Of a stretch of DNA of 64,000 bases, positions 1 to 8,624 are shown piece after piece. Each line of letters begins with the position of its first letter. Position 1 is the first letter of the stretch. Made by a program: the position numbers and the translations under genes. The notes under the pieces were generated by a model. It had not been told where the DNA came from. It did no database searches and saw only the letters and a program-made list of their open reading frames with translations. Origin of the DNA: a virus (lineage: Duplodnaviria; Caudoviricetes); the IMG/VR virus record IMGVR_UViG_3300027884_000039, positions 15,113 to 79,112 of that record. One strand, given 5' to 3'.

Positions 1-48
1 TCTTAACGGCCCTACCATCCGGGACGCGGGGGACATCTGGGCGATAAT

Positions 49-327
49 ATGATGATCCATGAATTTATCAATCGAATCGATGTTGTTACTCCTGAAGGGC
101 CTGGCGCTATCTGGTTCGTTACTCAGTTTGGCCACGAAACCTCGCTGGTATTCTGCGTGATCCAGGACAATGGCACGCTTTGGGAATGGCAACCCCGAGA
201 CATTCGTATTAAGGACAATCGAACATTTAATAGACAAAAACAAGACAATGGCACGACCAGTAAAAAAAACACCCCGACCAAGAAAATTAAAAAACGACGC
301 GCCCGTCAGCGACGCCCAGGACAATGA
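49..327 (+). CDS. hypothetical protein
   Basis: 92-aa ORF at the start of the + strand cluster; its 3' end overlaps the next gene. Confidence 0.45.
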   Translation: MMIHEFINRIDVVTPEGPGAIWFVTQFGHETSLVFCVIQDNGTLWEWQPRDIRIKDNRTFNRQKQDNGTTSKKNTPTKKIKKRRARQRRPGQ

Positions 328-550
328 ATTGCGTAGGTATTGCATTGACACCGTGATTAGACTCGGGCCGGATGCCGATATGGGGGTAATACTTAGGAGC
401 GTGGATACACTCCGTTGTTATTTAAAAGGGGAGCCATGGCCCAATCCTCCCGTGGTTACGTACACTTACAATCCGCCAATCAACGTTGTTACTGATCCGG
501 TAGGTGAATCCAAGATGTACAGCAAATTCCCCGATGCGCACGTCCTGTAA
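248..550 (+). CDS. hypothetical protein (basic N-terminus)
   Basis: ATG at 248 (MARPVKK) after the A-rich leader caagaca, within track ORF 170..550. Confidence 0.5.
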   Translation: MARPVKKTPRPRKLKNDAPVSDAQDNELRRYCIDTVIRLGPDADMGVILRSVDTLRCYLKGEPWPNPPVVTYTYNPPINVVTDPVGESKMYSKFPDAHVL

Positions 551-1286
551 ACATATCCTGATTAAGTACGCCTCCAGGTCGAGGCCTCGTAAGTTTTTTG
601 ATGGTCTGCTCAACATTATTGATATGGCTGCCAATAAGGAGGATTACACGGTATTATGCTGCTTGGATACCGATGACCTTACTATGTTTTGGGAGGGCGC
701 GCTGCTGCCGGCTTGGTTCGTAGAGATTCATAGCCATGACCATCTTTACCGGCACGTGAGGTTCGATTTCGGCCAATCCTCTTCTAAAATTAATGCCATC
801 AATCGGCCAATTCCTGCCGATCTCCAGTGGGACATCCTAATCAATTTCTCCGATGACATGCGTTTCACGGTCTTTGGCTACGATGACCTGATTCGAGATG
901 GCTTTCGTTGCAATGGGGATGATCTGTTTTTGCACTATCCTGACAGCACGGCTAAGAACATGCTTTCTACCATGTCCATTATGGATCGCAAGTATTACGA
1001 GCGGGATGGATATATATACCATCCATCGTATCAATCATTGTGGTGTGATAACGAGGCGCAGGACGTTGCTAAAATACGGGGGCGCTATCGCTACATGGGT
1101 ATACAGATATTTGATCACTATCATCCCGCCTATGGCCAGGTCCCCTGGGACGCGCAGTACCAGCATCAGCAAAACTTTTGGAATGAAGATGAGGCTAATT
1201 ATAATTACCGTAAATCACATAACTTTTTCCTAGATGCAACTGAGCATACTGATCCCAACCGTTCTGGAACGCCGCAAGCAGTTTGA
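534..1286 (+). CDS. glycosyltransferase, GT-A/GT2-like
   Basis: ILIKYASRSRP N-terminal strand, LDTDD, ILINFSDDM DxD-like motif, WCDNE, HYHP; pattern typical of phage GT2-like proteins. Confidence 0.75.
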   Translation: MRTSCKHILIKYASRSRPRKFFDGLLNIIDMAANKEDYTVLCCLDTDDLTMFWEGALLPAWFVEIHSHDHLYRHVRFDFGQSSSKINAINRPIPADLQWDILINFSDDMRFTVFGYDDLIRDGFRCNGDDLFLHYPDSTAKNMLSTMSIMDRKYYERDGYIYHPSYQSLWCDNEAQDVAKIRGRYRYMGIQIFDHYHPAYGQVPWDAQYQHQQNFWNEDEANYNYRKSHNFFLDATEHTDPNRSGTPQAV

Positions 1287-1821
1287 TGACCTGGTGGCCT
1301 TCATCCGCAATATCATCGACCTGGAGGGGCTGCACGAAGAGGTGGAAATTCTATCGATCTGCGATGATAAAGAGATGACCATTGGCGAGAAACGTGAAGC
1401 GCTCTATCAGGGCGCTAAAGGGGAGTACGCCTGGCAAATTGATGATGATGATTGTATTAACGCACAAGCGCTGCGTCTGATCCTGGAAGCCATGGAACAG
1501 AAGCCGGATTGCATCACATTCTACGAAGCCTGTATCATTGACGGCAAGGAATTCCGTTCCAACTTCAGCCTCACTTATCCTGATTGGGGCGAGCATATTG
1601 ACGGGTGGGATTTTGTGCGGACTCCCTTTTTTAAGACGCCGATCAAGACGGAAATTTGCCGCATGGTGCCCATCCCGCATGTTCGCTTTGGGGAAGATCA
1701 TCTATTCGCTAGAGCGATTAAGCCCCTGCTGAAGACGCAGGTGCATATCCCCAAGGTGCTCTATTACTACATTCATAACTCTAGCCCACATAACGAACGC
1801 TATGGAATTAAAACAGACTAA
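1234..1821 (+). CDS. glycosyltransferase family 2
   Basis: LSILIPT start, IGEKR..L, EYAWQIDDDD, FGEDHLF. Confidence 0.85.
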   Translation: MQLSILIPTVLERRKQFDDLVAFIRNIIDLEGLHEEVEILSICDDKEMTIGEKREALYQGAKGEYAWQIDDDDCINAQALRLILEAMEQKPDCITFYEACIIDGKEFRSNFSLTYPDWGEHIDGWDFVRTPFFKTPIKTEICRMVPIPHVRFGEDHLFARAIKPLLKTQVHIPKVLYYYIHNSSPHNERYGIKTD

Positions 1822-2482
1822 GGCGGCTATTATCAGCGCGGGCATCGGCGGATGGTATAGTGCTGGCATCGACCGCCTGGAACGATCACTGTCCTATCAT
1901 GGCTGGGCGGGCGATGTGCTCACCTGGAAAGACCGCTATCCCCCTGCTAGTCATAAACATGAGGAGATTCCTTACTACTTTAAAATCGCCGCTTTCGAAT
2001 GGGCGCTATACCGGCAATACACCCATGTCTTATGGGTGGACGCGTCATTCTGGGCCATCCAAAATCCGATACCATTATTTGATTTGTTTAATTCGAAGGG
2101 ATTTTATATGTTTAGGTCGGGATACAATTGCGCTCAAACGATTAGTGATGCCGCATTGAGCGCCCTGGACTGTAACCGGGACGATATGGAAGGACAGCCT
2201 GAGTACGCTTCGGGCGCGGTCGGCGTCAACTTCGAAAATCCAGATGGCAGGAGACTCTACGCATACTGGAAACACCTTATGGACATGGGACTATCGAAAG
2301 GTTCCCGTAATCACGACAATCAAAGTCAAGACAGCCGGTTCCTGTTTCATCGACAGGATCAAAGCTGTTTATCGCTAGCTATGTATAAATTAGGCCTATC
2401 TATTGATGAGCCAGATTATGTAGCTTATTATGGTACCGGTTATAATCCGGGCAAATGCTTATTCTTTATCAATGGGATATAA
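1802..2482 (+). CDS. nucleotide-diphospho-sugar transferase-like protein
   Basis: YYFKIAAF, VLWVDAS DxS motif, HRQDQSCLS acceptor-side motif. Confidence 0.65.
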   Translation: MELKQTKAAIISAGIGGWYSAGIDRLERSLSYHGWAGDVLTWKDRYPPASHKHEEIPYYFKIAAFEWALYRQYTHVLWVDASFWAIQNPIPLFDLFNSKGFYMFRSGYNCAQTISDAALSALDCNRDDMEGQPEYASGAVGVNFENPDGRRLYAYWKHLMDMGLSKGSRNHDNQSQDSRFLFHRQDQSCLSLAMYKLGLSIDEPDYVAYYGTGYNPGKCLFFINGI

Positions 2483-2789
2483 GGATTCATATCGCCTATT
2501 ATCCCAGCGCATCCAAGGGATGGAGCAAGCCCGCAAGCTACAGGCTAAGGAATATAAGCGAAGGCTGAAGATACTTAATGGAGAGGCAGAGCGGTTAAGG
2601 GGTATCCAGGCCACGTACGTGCCGCGTGAGGTATACGGTAAGGATATGCAGGATTTGCTAGATAAGATACAGATTCTGACGGATTATAAGAATGGACAGC
2701 AAGGGAAGTCGCAATTGTTGCAGTATATACCCTGGCTACTTACTGGCGTATCGATCTTGTTTATGCTGCTCACGTACTATAAGAAGTAA
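2472..2789 (+). CDS. coiled-coil protein with C-terminal TM helix (possibly holin/XhlA-like)
   Basis: heptad-rich N-part, hydrophobic YIPWLLTGVSILFMLLTYY followed by KK. Confidence 0.5.
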   Translation: MGYKDSYRLLSQRIQGMEQARKLQAKEYKRRLKILNGEAERLRGIQATYVPREVYGKDMQDLLDKIQILTDYKNGQQGKSQLLQYIPWLLTGVSILFMLLTYYKK

Positions 2790-2799
2790 ACTATAACCA

Positions 2800-3006
2800 A
2801 TGAATCAAGCGATCCTGAAAGAGAATGAATTCATCATCGGGATGAAGAACGATGATGAGGTATGCGCATTTTATTTGCGCAACCCACATATAGAGCCGGG
2901 AAATACTGGCGATGGGTATGATAAATTTGCTTTGGTGGCCGTTGAAAGTATGTTGCTAGCTGCGAAACAACACATTGAAGATAGCTATAAAACAAACCAA
3001 CAATGA
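2800..3006 (+). CDS. hypothetical protein
   Basis: 68-aa ORF, aactataacc leader, stop/start overlap with the next gene. Confidence 0.6.
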   Translation: MNQAILKENEFIIGMKNDDEVCAFYLRNPHIEPGNTGDGYDKFALVAVESMLLAAKQHIEDSYKTNQQ

Positions 3007-3806
3007 CCGCCATTCTTAGCTGCACCGGAGACGATTTGTATCTCTTCAACCTGCCGTTTGCTATTTACTCCTGGCACCAAATCGGGTGCGACTGTGCGGT
3101 ATTCATTCCTAGAGCATTAGCCTTCGACAGAAGATTCAGTGAGGTGATGCGTACTACTAAAAATGCGCGCAGTTGCCATTGTTTTATCTTCAAAGCCAAC
3201 CTGGATAAGCAAGCTACGTATGCCCAGTGCGCTAGGTTATACGCCGCCGCTACGGGACGGCAATTCTATGGCTCGGAAATGTTGATTACTTCGGATGCAG
3301 ACATGTGTGTATTCAATGAAGCGTGGTGGGAAGAACTTACCAGGGACACCCGGATAAAAGTTGTAGGCGCTGACCTGGTGCCGGCCGGACAGTTTCCTAT
3401 GTGCTATATCGCGATGCAATGCGCAAGATGGAAGACCGTGATGGGTATTGGCCCGAAGGATCGCTACCAGGATTGCCTGGACAGGCTACTCAAGCACCTG
3501 GAGGCCGAACACTTCCGGGGTAACTACTGGAGCAAAGATCAGGAGACGATCTACAATGCCATTAGCACCACAGATTATAATATTGAGTTGATCAACCGTG
3601 CTAAGCCGGGTACGCAGTTCGCTACGCGCCGCGCTGATCGGGATGGCTGGGAGGTCACTGCGGATATTATTGATGCCCACTTGCCACGTCCAGGATGGAC
3701 AGATGAGAACTTTAGCAAAATATATATGCTCTTTGCGCAGATGTATCCAGATGCTGACCTCGGATGGATGGATGATTACAGGGCGGAATATCTAAAATTC
3801 ATGTGA
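3003..3806 (+). CDS. putative glycosyltransferase (GT-A-like)
   Basis: LITSDADM DxD motif, YWSKDQ, IDAHLPRP; cluster context. Confidence 0.6.
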   Translation: MTAILSCTGDDLYLFNLPFAIYSWHQIGCDCAVFIPRALAFDRRFSEVMRTTKNARSCHCFIFKANLDKQATYAQCARLYAAATGRQFYGSEMLITSDADMCVFNEAWWEELTRDTRIKVVGADLVPAGQFPMCYIAMQCARWKTVMGIGPKDRYQDCLDRLLKHLEAEHFRGNYWSKDQETIYNAISTTDYNIELINRAKPGTQFATRRADRDGWEVTADIIDAHLPRPGWTDENFSKIYMLFAQMYPDADLGWMDDYRAEYLKFM

Positions 3807-3994
3807 TGTTTGAATTCGTGTTTGGGCCGAAGCTTCCCGGAGCGCATTGCATGGCCTATATTCAGTACAGGCGTACTGGAGAACGCTGGTATTTTGATCT
3901 GTGGTTCGATGAGTTAATGAGAATGACCATTCTATTCACGTATAAATGTAAGCGACCATGCCAGTATCCAAGGAAAAAGTCCGTCTCCAACTAA
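3803..3994 (+). CDS. hypothetical protein
   Basis: 63-aa ORF with ATGA overlap. Confidence 0.4.
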   Translation: MMFEFVFGPKLPGAHCMAYIQYRRTGERWYFDLWFDELMRMTILFTYKCKRPCQYPRKKSVSN

Positions 3995-4143
3995 TTCGAG
4001 CCCACGAGCAAGAGAATACACTTAATAAAGAGATGGGCAAGATCGACAAACAGTTAAGGGTTCTACAACTACGAAAAGATAAGTTGGCCCGTTTGGTGTC
4101 CAAGAACGTGCGCTATCGCAATAGGATGATTAAAATGCTTTAA
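3958..4143 (+). CDS. small coiled-coil hypothetical protein
   Basis: 61-aa basic heptad ORF abutting the next start. Confidence 0.5.
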   Translation: MPVSKEKVRLQLIRAHEQENTLNKEMGKIDKQLRVLQLRKDKLARLVSKNVRYRNRMIKML

Positions 4144-4144
4144 T

Positions 4145-5275
4145 ATGCCACTACCTCCCATTAATGATACCCAATACATCGATGCGCGATCAGGGCTGAT
4201 CGCCCCCTGGTTTACCAAGCCATTCCTAGAGGAATTATACACCTGGGACTTGCGTACGAAGCGCGTCTTTGAATATGGGTGTGGGCATAGCACCATTTGG
4301 TGGACTACCCAGGTAATGGAACTCATTGCCGTGGACTGCGACGAGCGATGGACGGAGGATATATACAGAGAACTAGCCTTCAACGTGATTCAGGGTGCCA
4401 ATGTGGTGACCTTAAAATGCAGACCAGTCATTGCTGGTGAAGTGGAGTTGAAGAGCCGGTACGTTAATGCAATCTATGAGGAGGAAGGCCAGTTCGATAT
4501 CATTGTGATCGATGGCTCCTATCGCGACGAATGTATTGCGGCTGCGCTCACCAAGATCAAAGATGGGGGGATTATCATCTGTGATAACTGGGACCAGGAA
4601 GGTGTATGGGATAGTATCATGGGGGGCAGGTTGCTTGATCCCTGGGAAGCTCATCTGTATATAGAGCCGAGTAGGACTAACGATGTGCGTCCGTGGAAAA
4701 CGGGATACTGGATTATTCAAAAAATGCGGTGTTGGGGCATGGGAAATTATTTTCCGACAGACTATCTATTGAATGTCACTGATTCATTCAACTCCCACCG
4801 CCCGATGCTCTGGATGGCACTAGAGCATATCAAACCTGGACGCGTGGTTGAATTCGGCTGCGGCTGGGGCAGCACCCCGCTCCTCCACCGGTATTGCATG
4901 CTCCAGGGCCGCGACTTCGCTAGCTGGGAGACGGATCGGGATTGGTCGGTGAAGATGGATAACCTTACCCGGCATGTCAGGTCCTACTTTGATTGGAATC
5001 CGGAGATGTCGATTTCCCTCCTGTTCATCGACTCGGCCCCAGGAGAAGAACGCGCCAAATTGGTCGAATACTACCGCAATAGAGCCGTCGTGCTTGTCAT
5101 ACATGACACCGAACCCGAGGCTGAGTACGTATATCACCTCCAGGAGACGCTGGCAAGCTTCCCCTACCGCTGCGATCTGGTGATCGAGGGCTATCCACAA
5201 ACGACAGCGGTGAGCATGACCTATGACTTTGCACGCTGGAAGGGCGTGACATTGGGTAAATACAAGTTCGTATGA
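4145..5275 (+). CDS. tandem two-domain class I SAM-dependent methyltransferase
   Basis: motif I twice (VFEYGCGHST; VVEFGCGWGST) with matching FDIIVIDG..IICDN and LLFIDS..VIHDT motifs. Confidence 0.8.
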   Translation: MPLPPINDTQYIDARSGLIAPWFTKPFLEELYTWDLRTKRVFEYGCGHSTIWWTTQVMELIAVDCDERWTEDIYRELAFNVIQGANVVTLKCRPVIAGEVELKSRYVNAIYEEEGQFDIIVIDGSYRDECIAAALTKIKDGGIIICDNWDQEGVWDSIMGGRLLDPWEAHLYIEPSRTNDVRPWKTGYWIIQKMRCWGMGNYFPTDYLLNVTDSFNSHRPMLWMALEHIKPGRVVEFGCGWGSTPLLHRYCMLQGRDFASWETDRDWSVKMDNLTRHVRSYFDWNPEMSISLLFIDSAPGEERAKLVEYYRNRAVVLVIHDTEPEAEYVYHLQETLASFPYRCDLVIEGYPQTTAVSMTYDFARWKGVTLGKYKFV

Positions 5276-5451
5276 GCGAGCAGCTATCCTTCATATGGCG
5301 TCACCTTGATCTGTTCACCTACGCCGCAGGATTCTGCTTCGGCGCATCGATAGGCTTCAACCTTGGTCGGACCCTTGAAGCACGCGATCATAGGCGCCGA
5401 GAGCTAGACAATTTTTTGAAGAGCGATCGAAACAAACTAGACGAATTGTGA
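5272..5451 (+). CDS. small membrane protein (59 aa, below track cut-off)
   Basis: hand-translated MSEQLSFIWRHLDLFTYAAGFCFGASIGFNLG...DEL*; ATGA overlap. Confidence 0.55.
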   Translation: MSEQLSFIWRHLDLFTYAAGFCFGASIGFNLGRTLEARDHRRRELDNFLKSDRNKLDEL

Positions 5452-5486
5452 AATAACCCGCTGCGCGGTCAAGCGCATTCGCCATC

Positions 5487-6041
5487 TTGCAGCGCATGGA
5501 CGGCATTACAGAATCATTGCTTTCAAAGGCCCTGCATATCATTGCAGAACTCACCTCGATGGTCAATCGATTACTGCCCCGTCAACATATTCCCACAGCA
5601 GCCGCCCTTCGGGCTTGCTATATAACCCAAGGAAATAGGGAAGCCCATAAAAACAAACTTATGGCATCCCAGACAATTACCGTACTCAGTACGCAGAACA
5701 CCGTACCCGGACAAATCGTTCCCGTAGCTATCGATGGGGTCACCGTCGAACCCATTACGACCATTAACGCCGGTAGTGAACTTTACACCGTTGTCGATCA
5801 GTCCACCGGTACCACAAGCACCGTTGCTACCGTGGCACCCGTTTCTGGAGGCGCAGAAGGACAGTTCGCTGTTGTCCGGATCACTGGGCAGAGTGGTACG
5901 GTCATCGTCACCTATACCGCTGTCAATACAGCCGGTACGACCATTACCAACTTTGGTGGGGTCGGTGACACCATCATCTTCCAGGGACAGCCCACCGGCG
6001 TCGCCTCGGCCCTCACGGCCACCTACGGGACGCCCGTATAG
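5487..6041 (+). CDS. Thr/Val/Gly-rich beta protein, Ig-like (possible virion accessory protein)
   Basis: beta-rich C-terminal 126 aa from MASQTITV (alternative start 5661); amphipathic N-terminal helix. Confidence 0.55.
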   Translation: MQRMDGITESLLSKALHIIAELTSMVNRLLPRQHIPTAAALRACYITQGNREAHKNKLMASQTITVLSTQNTVPGQIVPVAIDGVTVEPITTINAGSELYTVVDQSTGTTSTVATVAPVSGGAEGQFAVVRITGQSGTVIVTYTAVNTAGTTITNFGGVGDTIIFQGQPTGVASALTATYGTPV

Positions 6042-6380
6042 ATGATTCGGATCGTGAATAAACATATGCACGAAGCCACTCCTGATTGCATTGACGTGTA
6101 TATCGGGCGTGGCTCTCCGTTGGGTAACCAGTGGACTCATTTACCTGGACGCATGCACCTGGCTAAATACCGGTCTGCGTCCAGACAGGAAGCTATTGAA
6201 AAATACGCTGAGTGGTTGCAGCAGGAACTGACAGATGAGACTAGCTACGCCTCCAAGGCGATTGCCCGGATCGCGGGACTAGCCCGCAAGTACGATGTGA
6301 ACCTGGTTTGCTACTGTGCCCCCCAGGCTTGTCATGGGGAAGTGATTAAGCGGGTCATTGAGGATATGAATAAGATATAG
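6042..6380 (+). CDS. DUF4326 family protein
   Basis: VYIGRGSPLGN, R.EAIEKY..WL, LVCYCAPQACHGEVI signature. Confidence 0.85.
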   Translation: MIRIVNKHMHEATPDCIDVYIGRGSPLGNQWTHLPGRMHLAKYRSASRQEAIEKYAEWLQQELTDETSYASKAIARIAGLARKYDVNLVCYCAPQACHGEVIKRVIEDMNKI

Positions 6381-6403
6381 TATCTTAGGCGGAAACTATA
6401 ACC

Positions 6404-6979
6404 ATGAAAGTATATGTCTTGTATGATCAACGCAGGCCGGAGCAAGAGATCGATGCGATGCACGCAGAATTAGCTAGACAGGGCATCGAATATGAAGCCA
6501 TTTGGTCGCTCCATTTCTTTTCGTCCACAGCAATGAATATCAACCTCGCCCACAAGCTCTTTGTTCGCCTGGCTCAGGAGAAGGGCCTCCCAGAGGTCTG
6601 TATCCTGGAAGCAGATGCGATGTTCCCCTCCCTTGGTGGGTGGCGATTATTCCTAGAACACAAGCCTAAAGACTTTGACATCTATCTCGCAGGTACTTAC
6701 GGGCTTCAGATGGATTATATGCGCCAGCATGAGCATGGGGTATACCCCATCACTTCCATCAATGGTCTGCATTGTTACATCATTCGAGCGCAATTCTATG
6801 ATACCTTTCTCTCTCTGCCTGCCGATCAGCATATCGATGTAGCGCTTGATGGCCTGGGAAAGTACTTTGTATGCTATCCCTTCGCAGCTATCCAACGTCC
6901 AGGTTGGTCAGCGAATGCGAGGGGGAACGTCAACTACAATGCGAATCTGCTGCCCTGTGATGTATTGGGTTGGGAATAG
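6404..6979 (+). CDS. glycosyltransferase family 25-like protein
   Basis: INLAHK, CILEADA, DFDIYLAG, GLHCYII, HID, AIQRPGWS match the GT25 (LgtB-like) pattern. Confidence 0.75.
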   Translation: MKVYVLYDQRRPEQEIDAMHAELARQGIEYEAIWSLHFFSSTAMNINLAHKLFVRLAQEKGLPEVCILEADAMFPSLGGWRLFLEHKPKDFDIYLAGTYGLQMDYMRQHEHGVYPITSINGLHCYIIRAQFYDTFLSLPADQHIDVALDGLGKYFVCYPFAAIQRPGWSANARGNVNYNANLLPCDVLGWE

Positions 6980-6996
6980 ACATTCCCACTAACGAC

Positions 6997-7029
6997 GAAG
7001 GCCAGCCACCCACTGGATGACTGGCCTTC
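6997..7029. terminator. hairpin between convergent gene blocks
   Basis: 9-bp stem GAAGGCCAG/CTGGCCTTC. Confidence 0.55.
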
Positions 7030-7031
7030 CT

Positions 7032-7355
7032 TCATACGACTATTGTTCCGGCTAACACCTGCACCCCTACTTGCAGTTCAATGAGCCGTTCATAATCTAA
7101 CTTATAGAACATACTGCGGCCCTGCTTACGCTTTTGCACCAGCTTGGCATTTAACATGTCCTTTAGCCAGGCCTCTACCTCCCAATCTTGCTTACACATC
7201 CTGGTGGCTAAATCCAGTGGCCGCAGTTCGGTAATCTTATCGTCCCCCTCCTCCCCGTCTAACCACTTAATAATAATCAGTTGATTGGGGTTCTCAATAG
7301 CTCTCAACGCCGTCTGTGCGCTGGTGATCTGCGCCTCATCAAATCTCTTTTTCAT
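7032..7355 (-). CDS. ArsR-like winged-HTH protein
   Basis: ALRAIENPNQLIII, LVQKRKQGRSMFYKL wing. Confidence 0.7.
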   Translation of the reverse strand: MKKRFDEAQITSAQTALRAIENPNQLIIIKWLDGEEGDDKITELRPLDLATRMCKQDWEVEAWLKDMLNAKLVQKRKQGRSMFYKLDYERLIELQVGVQVLAGTIVV

Positions 7356-7390
7356 TATCGATTTTTTTTACGTGATTGTGAATGGTACTT

Positions 7391-8335
7391 CTATATATGC
7401 CCCTCATCCCGCCACTCTTGAGCGCGATCTGATTGAAATTTATTACTGTATTCGCCTTTTACTCTGGTTTTCCGCTGTTTAAAGGTAATCCCCCTTTCTT
7501 GCGCAAACTCAATAATCTTACCCCGCTTGATCCCGCTTAATACCCAATTGATCTGATCTATTGTTTTGATCGGCGCATATTTTATGATGTAATATTGCCA
7601 ATCCGGAATTGGCTGTGCCCCGCTGTCTCCACAATAACGATCTATGGTACCGATGCTGCAACTAAGCGCCTCTGCCATGGCCTTCCTACTCATTGTATAT
7701 TGATGGCGATGGATAAAATCAAGCTTACGCTGCTTGTCTGGCACCGGCTGTACTCCCAACGCGTTACACCATTCAATAATTTCGCCCTTGGTGACTTCCA
7801 GACTATTTGCAAGTTCTCCACAGGTCATTGAAGTATGCAAATGCAGTATAGCTTTTTTGGTGATCTCCTCCATACTCAATGGTTGGATGCCTAATTTATT
7901 GCACCGTTTCGTTATTTGATAGGTCGTAACTTTTAATTTGTTAGCCAACGCTTGTTTACTCATCGACTTATGATATAGTAATAGCTCCTGATCTATCGCG
8001 TCTATCACCTCTTCAATAGGGACTATTACCGGCATCACTTTTACTTCAATAGGTTTATTAACCAGACCTAATTTATTGCACCGCTTGTTTATCGAATGTA
8101 AAGACATTTTTAACTCCTCGGCCATCTGTTCCCGGCTCATGCTTTCATAATGAGAAAGGAGGAACGCATTAGATCGTTCGTCCAGGGTTATCGGTTTTAC
8201 GCCAAGCTCTTTACAGACCCGGATCACAATGTACTTGAACTGATTGCTTTGCTCAGATAGCTCTTGAGTAGTCTTGTCCCTGTAATTCTCTAATATAAAC
8301 CGCTTTAGGTGCGCCTCGTCGGTAATTTTAAACAT
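7391..8335 (-). CDS. protein with ~6 tandem HTH-like repeats
   Basis: repeats of the type Y..MS...LA..L.......RC..LG. Confidence 0.7.
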   Translation of the reverse strand: MFKITDEAHLKRFILENYRDKTTQELSEQSNQFKYIVIRVCKELGVKPITLDERSNAFLLSHYESMSREQMAEELKMSLHSINKRCNKLGLVNKPIEVKVMPVIVPIEEVIDAIDQELLLYHKSMSKQALANKLKVTTYQITKRCNKLGIQPLSMEEITKKAILHLHTSMTCGELANSLEVTKGEIIEWCNALGVQPVPDKQRKLDFIHRHQYTMSRKAMAEALSCSIGTIDRYCGDSGAQPIPDWQYYIIKYAPIKTIDQINWVLSGIKRGKIIEFAQERGITFKQRKTRVKGEYSNKFQSDRAQEWRDEGHI

Positions 8336-8339
8336 GACT

Positions 8340-8537
8340 TCACTTTTTAGGGTTATCTAATAATTGACTGACGATCTCTTCGGCCTTCGGGTCCTCGAAT
8401 ATCTTTCGCAGCAATGCATCTGCAAGGGTCTTGCGCTTTAATAGCCTGCTTAGCCCAATGCGATCCATCGCGCCCAATGCTTTAGGTGATAACGATACAT
8501 TAATCTTCTGTTTCTTTGTATTCATTGTGCATGTCAT
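8340..8537 (-). CDS. ribbon-helix-helix-like small DNA-binding protein
   Basis: KINVSLS beta-ribbon followed by two helices. Confidence 0.45.
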   Translation of the reverse strand: MTCTMNTKKQKINVSLSPKALGAMDRIGLSRLLKRKTLADALLRKIFEDPKAEEIVSQLLDNPKK

Positions 8538-8624
8538 TTAACTGGTTAAGAAATACATCGCTCGCAATAGCGATGAGGTGTGGAAAGCCATAGGCTAGGG
8601 TGATCATGAGGATGGTTATCATAG

